Shown here: in pieces, positions 12,096 through 23,821 of the stretch | Layout: each line of letters opens with the position of its first letter | Numbering within the stretch: position 1 is the stretch's first letter | The notes under the pieces: generated by a model | Databases searched by the model: none | Seen by the model: the letters and a program-made list of their open reading frames with translations, nothing else | Told to the model about the DNA's origin: nothing | Position numbers and translations under genes: made by a program | DNA from: Stegostoma tigrinum | Lineage: Eukaryota | Direction: 5' to 3' | NCBI RefSeq assembly: GCF_030684315.1 | Contig: NC_081370.1 | Location: 45,712,728 to 45,776,727, forward strand | DNA: 64,000 nt

Positions 12096-13899
12096 GTAGG
12101 GCCTTTGGAGATTGCTGCAAAACTCTTTAAGGTTATAACAACAAGCTGCGTCTAACAACCGCCTGCGTCCTCGTCATCAATAAATAATGCACAGTACAAA
12201 TGGTGGTGGGGAAGAGTTAAAGATCATCCACTGTGAGGGTTCTGAGTCTGAGGGGGCGGGGAATCTCTACACTGGGGGAGGTGGGGTGGTCTGTCCACAC
12301 TACGTGTCCGTGTGTTTTGGGGGCGGGATAGTTTCGATGGCCTCTCTGCTCTGGGTGGTAGGTTGGTGTGGGCTTTCTACACTGTGGTTGTGGGAGAGGG
12401 GGTGATCGTTCTATACCATGGCTGGAGGGGGCTGGTGGTGTCTCTACACTGTGTGTGTATGTGTTGGGGTGCCCACACATTATATTTGGCTGAGTGCTGG
12501 GGTGGGAGTTTATCAGTCCACTTGTGAGCTTTAAGTGGTTGCTCTCATCTAGATACCACTGTGGAGTTTTGATTTATACTGAACAGAAGGATGCCATATG
12601 GAGAATTCTGTCAGTTGCGCCTTTTTGAAAGAGTATTCCATTCAGTTTCAGCTCTTGGCTGTTTACTGTAAGATTTTATTTCTTTCAATTACTGATTTAT
12701 TTCCCTTTAACCGTTGGCACCATTACCTCTTTATTGTTCTGTCAGACTGTCCATTTTTCTGGGTTAAATTTCATCTGGGATCAATTCATTCTGTTTGCTA
12801 ATCCATCTTTATCTCCTAAAGTCATACAAATCATTCCAAAGCTAACCAGGCTTTCTATCTTAATATCTGTAAGTTGATATTGTGTTGTTAAATAATATAT
12901 GGCTGTGATACATATATAGACTAGTGCAAAGTGCTCTAAGATTCTTGACCATTAATATAATTTTAATGCCATGTACCTTAATTTTGTGTAATGGTTTATC
13001 AAATTGCTTTTGAGAATCCACTTGTACTGCAATCCCTGTCACTATACACTGCATTATTTCCTCAAGCACTTGATGCAATTTGTCAGCTATGACTTGCCTT
13101 TTATAGATGTCTCACTCTATGATGATATTCAGTTGACTTGGTTTCATGGCTGGTAGAAATCTACCCCATCTAAATGTGAATTATATTGCAAAAGGAAAGA
13201 AGGATTTACATTTATCCAATTTGTACTTTTACAACATTTTACAAATAAGTTTTGTTGTGAGCATTTCATTTTCTCTTTGAATTCTAATGCTGCTATTTTT
13301 CAGTTTGGTTCACGTGGAGGTCTTGGAAAGAAATGCTTTGCAAAAGCTTGTGAAGTGAATGTTAGTTTTCTCCTGAATAGCAGTTCATTGCAACATGGCC
13401 TGAGAGGTACTTGTTGCAAAAAGAAATGGTGTTAACCACTATGCCACCTGGACAGCTAAATAATCTAGTTTTTACCTTTTTTGTTAGTGTTGTGAAACCA
13501 TTCTGTTAAAGAATCTGGTTTGCTATAAGAAACCAACATTGTGGCACGTGTTGTTAATAGCTTGTGCAATAAATCTGACAATACTGTGCTATCATTTCCA
13601 AAATTGATCTGAAAATTGATTTTTTTAGTATGAAATTTTGATTGAAATTCTCCAATTTCACATAAGTATTTCTACTGAACTATAATCAGCATATTAAATA
13701 ATTGGAATTTAACCTTTTGTAATCACTGTTAAGGTGGTCACCCTCAGCCCTGAACAGTGTCCAGTTCACTTCAGATTACCCTGCAGCTACAATACAGTAA
13801 TAACATGAGTGCCGTTTGCCACTAAAATTATGGTGTCATCAAACCAAAAAGATGATTTGTCTGTCACAATTGGATAATGTACATGCATTTTGGTTTAGC

Positions 13900-14620
13900 T
13901 GTGATGCCAGGTATATAGGTGGTGCATCCCAAAGACTAGTGGGTCAAATCAAGTAACACGTCTCTTTGGCTGCTCACAACAAGCAAGGTACTCACTATCC
14001 ACAGCCAGCCTGTCCTTGGAAAACCCACAGCAGTGTCTAAGATTAGATGCGATTCTAAAATTGGATACTTATTGGATAATAAAATGTGAGGCTGAATGAA
14101 CACAGCAGGCCCAGCAGCATCTCAGGGCCTGCTGTGTTCATCCAGCCCCACATTTTATTATCTTGGATTCTGCATTTCCCATTATTACTTATTGGATAAT
14201 CCTGAATGTGCAACAGATTATGCTGACAGCCAATGTATGATAGTTCAGCATGGCCCGCTTGTGTGTACTGGAAGCTTATCACGTGGAGGCCTATTCTTTG
14301 TAGCTAGGAAAAACATGTATATGCACCGTATCTGTTTCAGCCATTTGTTGATTAATTTCTAAGAGCAGTGTCCTGACCAATCATAGCCAACTTGCATAGT
14401 TTGAAACTTAATCAAACCTATCTGTTAACTATCAATTAGCATTATTGGGTATATTATCATTGGCAACATCTCTATCAATCAGAATACACTGGCCAACCAA
14501 TCAGCAATTTTGTTTTCTGCAGCATAAATGTTGGTTTTGCCATTGAATTGGCATTTTTGCAAAACGTCCTGATGAGTACAGTGCAAAAGCTTTGACAAAA
14601 GTAGCCTTTTTCAACAGTAG
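13900..14620 (+). mobile_element. Older, different Penelope-like 3' end (GIY-YIG C-terminus, CCAAT boxes, degenerate hammerhead), interrupted by a mini-hairpin
   Basis: Removing the insert gives CDSKIGYLLDNPECATDY. There are several ccaatca boxes and gtc-CTGATGA-gtacagtgc-AAAA-gcttt-gac at 14566-14596. Confidence 0.55.
14081..14185. mobile_element. Penelope-derived mini-hairpin insertion
   Basis: TSD tacttattggataat at 14066-14080 and 14186-14200. Confidence 0.85.
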
Positions 14621-17600
14621 CAAAAAAAAATTGCCAATTCTTAAGAGCGCACAAGAAGTAGGAGCTGAAGTGGGCTATTCAGCTCTTCAAGCCTGCTTGG
14701 CCATTTGATAAGATCTTCTATTCCAATACTACTTTCCTGCATTGTTTCATATACTTTCTATGTAGAAATCAATTGATTTTCATCTTGAATATACTTAATA
14801 TCTGACCATCCACAGCCTTCCGGTACTGAGAATTCCAAAGATTGCTCCATGAGTGAAGAAATTCTTCCTCATTTCAGTCCTGAATGATCTGTTCCTGGCT
14901 GTATGCCCAAATCTAGACTCGCTAGCAAGAGAAACATCCTACCTCACCTATCTTATCGATCTCCATAAAACGTATGTTTGAATGAGATCACCTGTGATTC
15001 CTCTAATTTCCAGAAAATAAAGTCTGAGAATATTTAATTTTTCCTTATAAGACAATGCCTCCACTTCCAGAATTAGTTTGAACCTTTGTTGTACTTGTTC
15101 TTTGGTATTAATATGAAAAGCAATTGATGAGGTAGTCTACAGGATGGCTTTTGTACAAACCTACAGGGCAAAAAAAGGTACTTTGGCACTTATTTTTATT
15201 TGTCACACCTTCATCAGATTGTCTCTCTTGGCTCAGCCAAGCTGTATTCCTAGGAATGTAGGAGCAGGATCAAGCCATTCAAACATCTGAACCTGCACAG
15301 ACTTTTAATGAAATTGCGACTGTGGTCTCATCTCTACTTTCATGTCTGACCCCATAACCTGAACTAAATTCAGTGACCCAGGCTCCACTGCTTTTTAGAG
15401 AAAAAAATTCCACACACCTTCTGAGAGAAGGGAAAAGACATTTGCCTTCTCTTCCTCTTAAAGGGAGAGCTCTTGTTTGTGATGTCTCTCCAATTTTCTC
15501 ACAATTCTTTGAAACAAAGTTGTAGGTTTGGCTCTCATTCCAAAGACTTCAGTGCATAATCTAGGGTGGCACTCTAGTGTAGAACAGAGGGAATACTTTT
15601 TTGTTGGAATTTCTGTCTTTCGGATGATATTTTCGAGGGTAAAGTGAATGTGAACAATTAGTGCTGTCATTTGAAGAGGGACAGCTCACAAAACCATAAA
15701 ATGTAGAAGCAGAAGTAGGCCATCAACCTTGTCTGCCATTCAGTGATGTCATAGAACATATATAGAACATAGAAAAGTACAGCACAGTACAGGCCCTTCG
15801 GCTCACGTGGCTAATGTCAACTCCACTTTCCTGCGTTTTCTCCATGATCCTTGATTCCCTTACTGATTAAAAATTTGCTGTGCCTCAGCCTTGAATATTG
15901 TTTGTGACGTAGCCTTTACAGTCCTTCAGAGATTCACTGCCCACTGAGAGAATAAAATACTCCTCACTTTTGTCTTATAAGGTTGACTTCGTACTGTGAG
16001 ATTATGATGTTTGACTCTAGACTATCCCACAAGGAGAAAAATGTCTCTCCACGTCTACCCTGTCAAGTCCCCTACAAATCTTTTATTTTCCCAATAAGGT
16101 CACCTCTCATTCTTCTAAACTTCAGTGAAGGCCTAATGTACAAAAGCTTCCCTCATGAGAAAATCTTTTCACAAATGGAATCAGCCTGATGAACCTTTTC
16201 TGGACTTCCTGCATCGCCAGTATATCTTTCCTGAAACACAGTATTTTACATGTGGTCTAATTAGTTTTAGCAAGATTTTTCACTATTTGTATGCTCCATC
16301 CCCTTAGAAATGAAGGTTAGCATTGCATTTGCCTTCCTACTAGCTGCTAAACTTGTATGTTGTACACAAATGATTTGGAGGGGAATCTAGGTGGCCTAAT
16401 TATTAAATTTCTGGATGACACAATGTTTGGGGGAGCTGCAGATAGTGAGCATTGTCAGAGGATACAGCTGGATATAAATAGATCAGAGAGTTGGGCAAAG
16501 AAGTGGCAGATGAAGCTTAATCCAGACAAATGCAATGGGATGCATTTTGGAAGATCTAATGCAGGAAGGCTTGGTTCTGTATAATTCATGTATTTTGGCT
16601 TTTAGCAAAGTTGATTTAATGCAACTGCTGTAATATAATTGTACTAAATGATATTTGACAGTGATGTTATTAAAAAAACCGAGAAAACTGAAAACTTTTC
16701 TTTTGAATTTCAACAGTACTATCCAATAGTACACCTACTGTTGGCTCAGACTGAATAGACTGCAATGTAGGGACAGTGTGTGGAAAAATAACTTTATTTT
16801 TCTCCCCTTTTCCCCTTGGTCACTGATCACCAAAGCAGTTCTGATATTGAGTAATATTTCCTTTACACAAATTTAATGTTTTTGGCATAATTTATGCTCA
16901 TAGTTGTCTTTGCCCGACATTTACAATAGTTTGGTTTTTGCGTGTAGGGTACCCTTTGGTCATTCTAAGAATGGAAATCATTTCAAATTTTGCATCTTTT
17001 CTGAAATAGAAAACTAACCAATATCTTGGAACATGAGACATTGACCAGCCATTTGGCCCTTAGGGCCTACTCTGCCATTCAATAAGATCATGTTTGACCT
17101 GTTTGTGGTCTCCTCTCCAGAGCTTCCTTTCTGCCATGCATAATATTTGACTCCCCTCTATCAAAAAATCTGTTACTCAACATTGAATACATTCAATGGC
17201 ACAGCCTCCACTGCTATCTGGAAAAGAGAATTTGACATACTAACAACCCTATGAATGAGAATATTTTTCCTCCTCTTAATAAAAACATTCCCTTTTTTAA
17301 TGAAATGAAAGTAAAACAATAAATAAGCCAGGTGAACCTTTTTCACATTGTTTCTTACACAGTTTCATTTTTTGTTCATATAAAGAGACTAAAATTGAAC
17401 ACAGTAAACCAGATCAAGTTTCATCAGCTACTTTATATAGTTGCAATAAAATTTTTAAACTTTTTAATATTCCCATTCCCTTGCAATAAACAACAACATT
17501 CCATTTGCCCCCCTCAAAACTGCTAACTGCCGCACTCTATTTTTAAAATTGCATCCTTCACATAATATAAACAGAATATAGCCTGTAGTTTGTCCTTCCC

Positions 17601-18772
17601 TGATCCTCATCGTTGTTCACTGTTTTCTCCTTCTCCGAGATTGCGACTGTTTCAACTGCCCTATTGTGCCTCACCCGTTTGAACATTTTTCATTCATGAG
17701 GCCAGCCTTCGTTCCATTCGCCTTACATCTGTCTTCAAATTTCAAACTTGACAGGGTTCAAACAACTACAGTCACCATTTTAATGGGATTTGGATTTAAA
17801 TTCTGAAACAATTGCAATTGTAAATGAGCTGACTGATCTATTTGGAGAGTTAGCACCCAGATGGTGACCCAGCAGTTTTAAGGGTAACTTAAATTACGTG
17901 ATGCTGTTTTATAAAGTGAACAATTTAGAAAAAATCTACCAGAAGATTCAACTTAAACTAAATTTGATTCTTTGTTTAAATTTGATTATGACAATTTGGG
18001 TTTAAGAAGTGGTTGCTTGCAATTGTCTATAGTTAATGTTACATTTATCTTTTATTCCAGTCCTTTTGAGCAAAATGTGTTTCAAGTTATTTTAGCTTCA
18101 CACGATGAAATAACAACTTTGAAACTGTAGGTTTGTATTTACTGTGTTTTCTTATTCTGAATTTTCTGTAAACAATACTTGAGTACATTAGCCAATAGCT
18201 TTTTCTGTCTCTGATCCACTTTGCTTAATGCCATACTATTCTTTGCAGAAGTTGCCCTTGATTAATATTAATACATCATTTTTATGTTAGTTTTGTTTGG
18301 CAACCTTCATTGTCCTTGTAAATGTAGAAGCAAGGTGAGTAGAGCACAAATATAACAATCAGATTTGGTCACCTCTGTAATGACATGCCAGTTTTTGCCC
18401 TACTGGGTTTTCTGGACTGTGGCTATAAATATTATGGTAATTACATTAGTGTTGTAACTTTTAAGCTTGTTTCTTCTCAATAAATAACATGATGGCATTA
18501 GTAGTGTATATATTTTTGTTTAACCCTAACATTGTTAGTAGATAAAATTTTGTTGACGAAGTGTATTTATATTTTTCTAGACCAAGGAAACTTTGCAGAC
18601 ACTGATATAAAGATAATAATGGGACATCACAAAAGAACTTTTGTATAGTTTAAAACCCTATGATAAATTAGTCAATAACAAGAATCTTGTTTGAAAACAA
18701 CTGTACTACTTTAAGTAAGCTTAAAACAAACTATCTTTTAAAAATGATTGCTATCAGTTGCTGCATTCTTAC

Positions 18773-18980
18773 CTCTGATCACTTTCTTCAAACAATATTA
18801 CCTGTCAAGTGCAAAGGAGACTGAAGTTGCTTGTAGAATTAGAAGGTGCTGAACACTTGGCAAATATGCAGCATACAGGCAGTGTAGAAGATATTTCAGA
18901 GAGTTTACAGCTGGGTGCAGATGGTACTAAGCACGACCGTGATGAGTGTTACTGTCTGATTGTTGGAGTTCAACAGATGC
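18773..18980 (-). promoter_or_regulatory. RAG2: Putative RAG2 lymphoid promoter and non-coding exon 1
   Basis: E-boxes CAGCTG (18908) and CAGATG (18918, 18974), a Pax-like site (minus ACTCATCACGGTCGTGC, 18947-18931), and two minus-strand donors downstream (CAG|gtaata at 18802, GAG|gtaaga at 18773). It lies inside NWC intron 1, as expected for RAG2 exon 1. Confidence 0.5.
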
Positions 18981-19157
18981 AACGATGACATTGGATGTTC
19001 TAAAGTGCAAGATAACCAATATATAAACATTACACTACAATACATCTGCAGCACCTTATCTTTGTTATTACTCTAACCCTCTCAAAACTTGATCATACCC
19101 TTCAAATTAAATTCCCTTTGCTAGTTATCATACTGATTGTAGTTTTTGGGAAAGCAT

Positions 19158-19480
19158 CATAGAATCCCTACAGTGCAGAAACAGGCCTTTCAGCCCAACA
19201 AGACCACACCGACCTTAGGAGCATCCCACCCTGACCCATTCCCCTCTAACCTCACCTAAGCTACACATCCCTGAATACCACAGGCAATTAAACATGGCCG
19301 ATCCAACTGACCTGCACATCTTTGAATTGTGGGAGGAAACCAGAGCACCTGGAGGAAACCCATGGAGACACGGGGCGAATATACAAATTCCACACAGACA
19401 GTTGCCTGAGGGTGGAATTGCACCCAGGTCCCTGGCACTGAGAGGCAGCAGTGCTAACCACTGCGCCATTGTATTGCCCC
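19158..19480 (-). mobile_element. HE1-type V-SINE
   Basis: Reverse complement reads tggcgcagtggttagcactgctgcctctcag..V-domain..cactgtagggattctatg. Confidence 0.85.
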
Positions 19481-22400
19481 TTTTAAGTGAAGGAGCTCAT
19501 CGCCTCTGGGCTCTTCAATTTGCAGTTAATTTCTTAGATGTAGGCAACTTTTAGGTTTATTATTAAAGCAAAAGCAAAATGTTAACTGACTTGGGTACAT
19601 AAATGAAACTGTGGGTCAGTATAGTATACATTTTTATCTTTGTACATTGGAACTCTAAAATGTCTTTTTTTAAAAGAGGACTAATACACTCAAAAATGGC
19701 TGTGGATATGAATTAAGTGACATTCTGGAGAAAGATAAACCCATGGAATGTCACCTTTGGATACAAAGAGAATGTTACACAACATCCCTTCAAGGTGAAG
19801 AAGAGGCATGTCAAAACAGACTGGACTGTGATCTCATTTGACTATAAAGATAACAAGAGGCTGATGACTCCTACTCAACAGCAAGCTATTCCCTGCACAT
19901 TATGGTGCAAACTGCATTCATGTTTTGTTCTCTTCCCTTTGAAGAATACACAATGACAGTTCAGTGCGCTGATGGGACTGAATGCTGCTGTGTGTACCAG
20001 CTTGGGTTTGAGCATTACCGTACCACAGTCAAAGAACCCGCTCTCAGTCACCCCAGTGTTGTGACAAAAGGGATTCTGTCACTCTTTGTCGTGGAGGTCA
20101 GATAGCTAGCAGTCAGACAAAAGGAAATAGGATCACCAAAGGACTTTCTCTGGCTCTGAATACTAGAATACAGTCGTAGCCAATAGGAATCAGATTGATA
20201 AAATCTCAACTAATCTGCAACCAAGGACCATAAAATTGGCTTTTCAACTCACAACGTTAATTCTACTGATAACCTTCACTGCAACAGCCGCAATTTACGA
20301 CTAATCACTAGTCATAAACAATTCAGAGTCTGAAAGCTTCTTTTTCAACTGTATCTTTTTTGGACTTGCCTCTTCTTTCTAATCTCTGTATGGGTTGAGT
20401 TACTAATTTTTCTATTGTTTGGTAATTGGTCAACTCATTCTTTTGATAATATGTAAGCCTGGAGAAATTGACTCCTTTTAGAACATAAATTCATTTGAGC
20501 CCTGGGAAATGCATCCAAAAGGAAAGGGATCATTTTAAAATTGACCTGTTGTGACCGAGAGGATGGGTGAATAAAAAAAGTGGACACAACATCCCCCCTC
20601 CCCCCCCAATCCATGAGTTTAATGATTTGGGGTGTGGTCATTATGACTGCAAAATGTCGTCGTTCATTGAAATTTTTGCATTTGTGATTAAGCAAACTAA
20701 TTTTGGCAGAAACTTAAACTGTAACCTAACCAGGGCAATTCCTGAATACATGGCCATCACACACTTTGATTATTCCTGGATTGAAAACTCTTTTCTAATT
20801 TATTGTGATTTCTAGCAAAAAAATTTTTATGAAGATATTTGCCCAATTCTGTTGTATGCTTTGGAGGACAATGGTTATGTCTTTATGAAGCTTTTTTTGA
20901 ATTTTAATGGAAATACATGATAATGCTTATTCAGTAACCAGTCAGAATTGACATACGGTCGACAGCTCAGCGAGGTGGTAAATAGATAGTAAATGGTGCT
21001 CAGAGTAAGTTCTAGAAAATATCATACTCTTGATTATAAGGAGGGCATGTGGATAGATGCATTGGATAGTGTCTCTGCCTCTGAGCCAGATCTCCAGATT
21101 TGAGTCCCACCCAGGGATTTAACAACCAAGGAATTCTGTATGTCATAATGTGGCTGAATAATTGAGGATCAAGCTACAAATCCTTCTGGCACATGCCAAC
21201 AGCATGCAGTAATAACAGGAGAAATTGCTGGTCTGTCATGTAACGGAAAGAAAGTTAAGATCTCTACCCTTACTATCCAGAGCTCCAGATGACAAAGTGC
21301 ATGTTGTCACATGCTCAGTCTCCCTGCCTGATATGTAACATGCTGACACCACTCTTGGTTATGAATTGTATAGCATTGACTTTAGACACAATTTGGGGTT
21401 TCTAATGGCAACATTCCATGGCTGTTGTTTAAAGACAAATCCGGAAGATAAAGAACTTGTCATCTTTCTTCTTAGGCAGATCCTTGAGACTAAAAATGAC
21501 TTTCTTTCATTTGGATAAAAATCGGAAGAACGGTGGATGCTGTAAATGAGAAACATAAACAGAAGTTGCAGGAAAAGCTCAGTAGGTTTGGCAGCATCTG
21601 TGGAAAAGAAAATCAGAGTTCACGTTTTGGGTCTGGTGACCTCCCCGAGGAAGGGTTTATGTAATGTTCAGTTCTCAAGGCTTTTTCCTGTCTGTCACTG
21701 ATGGTAGATTATGACTGAAGTTCATACTTCCTGAATTTGGGAATTTTTCATTTCCTTGGGCTCAGTTATTTCTTCCAATGATTATTGGTCACATCTGTGG
21801 GGTGGTGTTTGGAGTAGCCCAACACAAGGAATTGCTTCAAAATTCTTCTGGAGTGCAAGATTTTTGAGACTCTTGGATATATTGGGAAAAATATGAAAAT
21901 GCTGCAGCATGTGAAAAAAAATTCCCTTAAATGTTTTCCTCAAAAGACCGCTGAGGTCTTCAAATTCTTTTCTTTTTAAGAGTTTGATTTATCATCCATA
22001 AGTTGGGTTGAGCTTGGGCTGAAAATGCACCTAGAGCACAACATTTCATCCTTTTTGTCATGATAGATGTTTTGAGGCTGTTATGCTGGCATAGAGTTCC
22101 ATAGAGGACAGTGGTCCCCATTTACTGTGTTTGGAAAGTCAGTCATGAGGAGTCATCAGTTTAAAACAGCTGTTAAGAATGTTGGAGAGGGGTTAGAAGA
22201 AAATGTTTTATGACAGTGTTAGAACATGGAATACTTTGCTAGAGGGTACAGTTGTGACTTGAGTAGTTGCTTTAAAAAAAGTTGATAAATACTTGAAATA
22301 GACAATCATAAGGAACTGTGAAGAGACAGTAAGAACAGCAAACAATTAGATTAAACCGTCTCACTCTGTTTTAAAGGAAAAATAAATCATTTTATTGCTT

Positions 22401-22501
22401 CAGAGATAATGGGAACTGCAGATGCTGGAGATTCCAAGATGATAAAATGTGAGGCTGGATGAACACAGCAGGCCAAGCAGCATCTCAGGAGCACAAAAGC
22501 T

Positions 22502-22529
22502 GACGTTTCGGGCCTAGACCCTTCATCAG
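22502..22529 (-). ncRNA. Minimal type I hammerhead ribozyme motif (mirror copy)
   Basis: Exact reverse complement of 23794-23821. Confidence 0.75.
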
Positions 22530-23095
22530 AGAGGGGGATGGGGGGAGGGAACTGGAATAAATAGGGAGAGAGGGGGAGGCGGACCGAAGATGGAGAGTAA
22601 AGAAGATAGGTGGAGAGAGTGTAGGTGGGGAGGTAGGGAGGGGATAGGTCAGTCCAGGGAAGACGGACAGGTCAAGGAGTTGGGATGAGATTAGTAGGTA
22701 GCGGGGGGTGCGGCTTGGGGTGGGAGGAAGGGATGGGTGAGAGGAAGAACCGGTTAGGGAGGCAGAGACAGGTTGGACTGGTTTTGGGATGCAGTGGGTG
22801 GGGGGGAAGAGCTGGGCTGGTTGTGTGGTGCAGTGGGGGGAGGGGACGAACTGGGCTGGTTGAGGGATGCAGTAGGGGAAGGGGAGATTTTGAAACTGGT
22901 GAAGTCCACATTGATACCATATGGCTGCAGGGCTCCCAGGCGGAATATGAGTTGCTGTTCCTGCAACCTTCGGGTGGCATCATTGTGGCAGTGCAGGAGG
23001 CCCATGATGGACATGTCATCAAGAGAATGGGAGGGGGAGTGGAAATGGTTTGCGACTGGGAGGTGCAGTTGTTTTTTGCGAACTGAGCGGAGGTG

Positions 23096-23199
23096 TTCTG
23101 CAAAGCGGTCCCCAAGCCTCCGCTTCTGCAAAGCGGTCCCCAAGCCTCCGCTTCTGCAAAGCGGTCCCCAAGCCTCCGCTTCTGCAAAGCGGTCCCCAA
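23096..23199 (+). repeat. Tandem repeat of a 28-bp unit, about 3.7 copies, at the palindrome apex
   Basis: ttctgcaaagcggtccccaagcctccgc starts at 23096, 23124, 23152 and 23180 (partial). Confidence 0.95.
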
Positions 23200-23793
23200 A
23201 GCGGAGGCTTGGGGACCGCTTTGCAGAACACCTCCGCTCAGTTCGCAAAAAACAACTGCACCTCCCAGTCGCAAACCATTTCCACTCCCCCTCCCATTCT
23301 CTTGATGACATGTCCATCATGGGCCTCCTGCACTGCCACAATGATGCCACCCGAAGGTTGCAGGAACAGCAACTCATATTCCGCCTGGGAACCCTGCAGC
23401 CATATGGTATCAATGTGGACTTCACCAGTTTTAAATCTCCCCTTCCCCTACTGCATCCCTCAACCAGCCCAGTTCGTCCCCTCCCCCCACTGCACCACAC
23501 AACCAGCCCAGCTCTTCCCCCCCACCCACTGCATCCCAAAACCAGTCCAACCTGTCTCTGCCTCCCTAACCGGTTCTTCCTCTCACCCATCCCTTCCTCC
23601 CACCCCAAGCCGCACCCCCCGCTACCTACTAATCTCATCCCAACTCCTTGACCTGTCCGTCTTCCCTGGACTGACCTATCCCCTCCCTACCTCCCCACCT
23701 ACACTCTCTCCACCTATCTTCTTTACTCTCCATCTTCGGTCCGCCTCCCCCTCTCTCCCTATTTATTCCAGTTCCCTCCCCCCATCCCCCTCT

Positions 23794-23821
23794 CTGATGA
23801 AGGGTCTAGGCCCGAAACGTC
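23794..23821 (+). ncRNA. Minimal type I hammerhead ribozyme motif in the Penelope-like pseudo-LTR
   Basis: CTGATGA-agggtctaggccc-GAAA-C-GTC: intact catalytic boxes and a stem II. Activity is not demonstrated. Confidence 0.75.

Noticed and set aside
19690-20645. Possible solo LTR (also about 53230-54245)
   Set aside because: It has LTR-like composition and AATAAA, but no second copy, clear termini or TSD could be established by eye.
23096-23199. 28-bp repeats as a CRISPR array
   Set aside because: Head-to-tail with no spacers, eukaryotic context, and derived from the element's own sequence.
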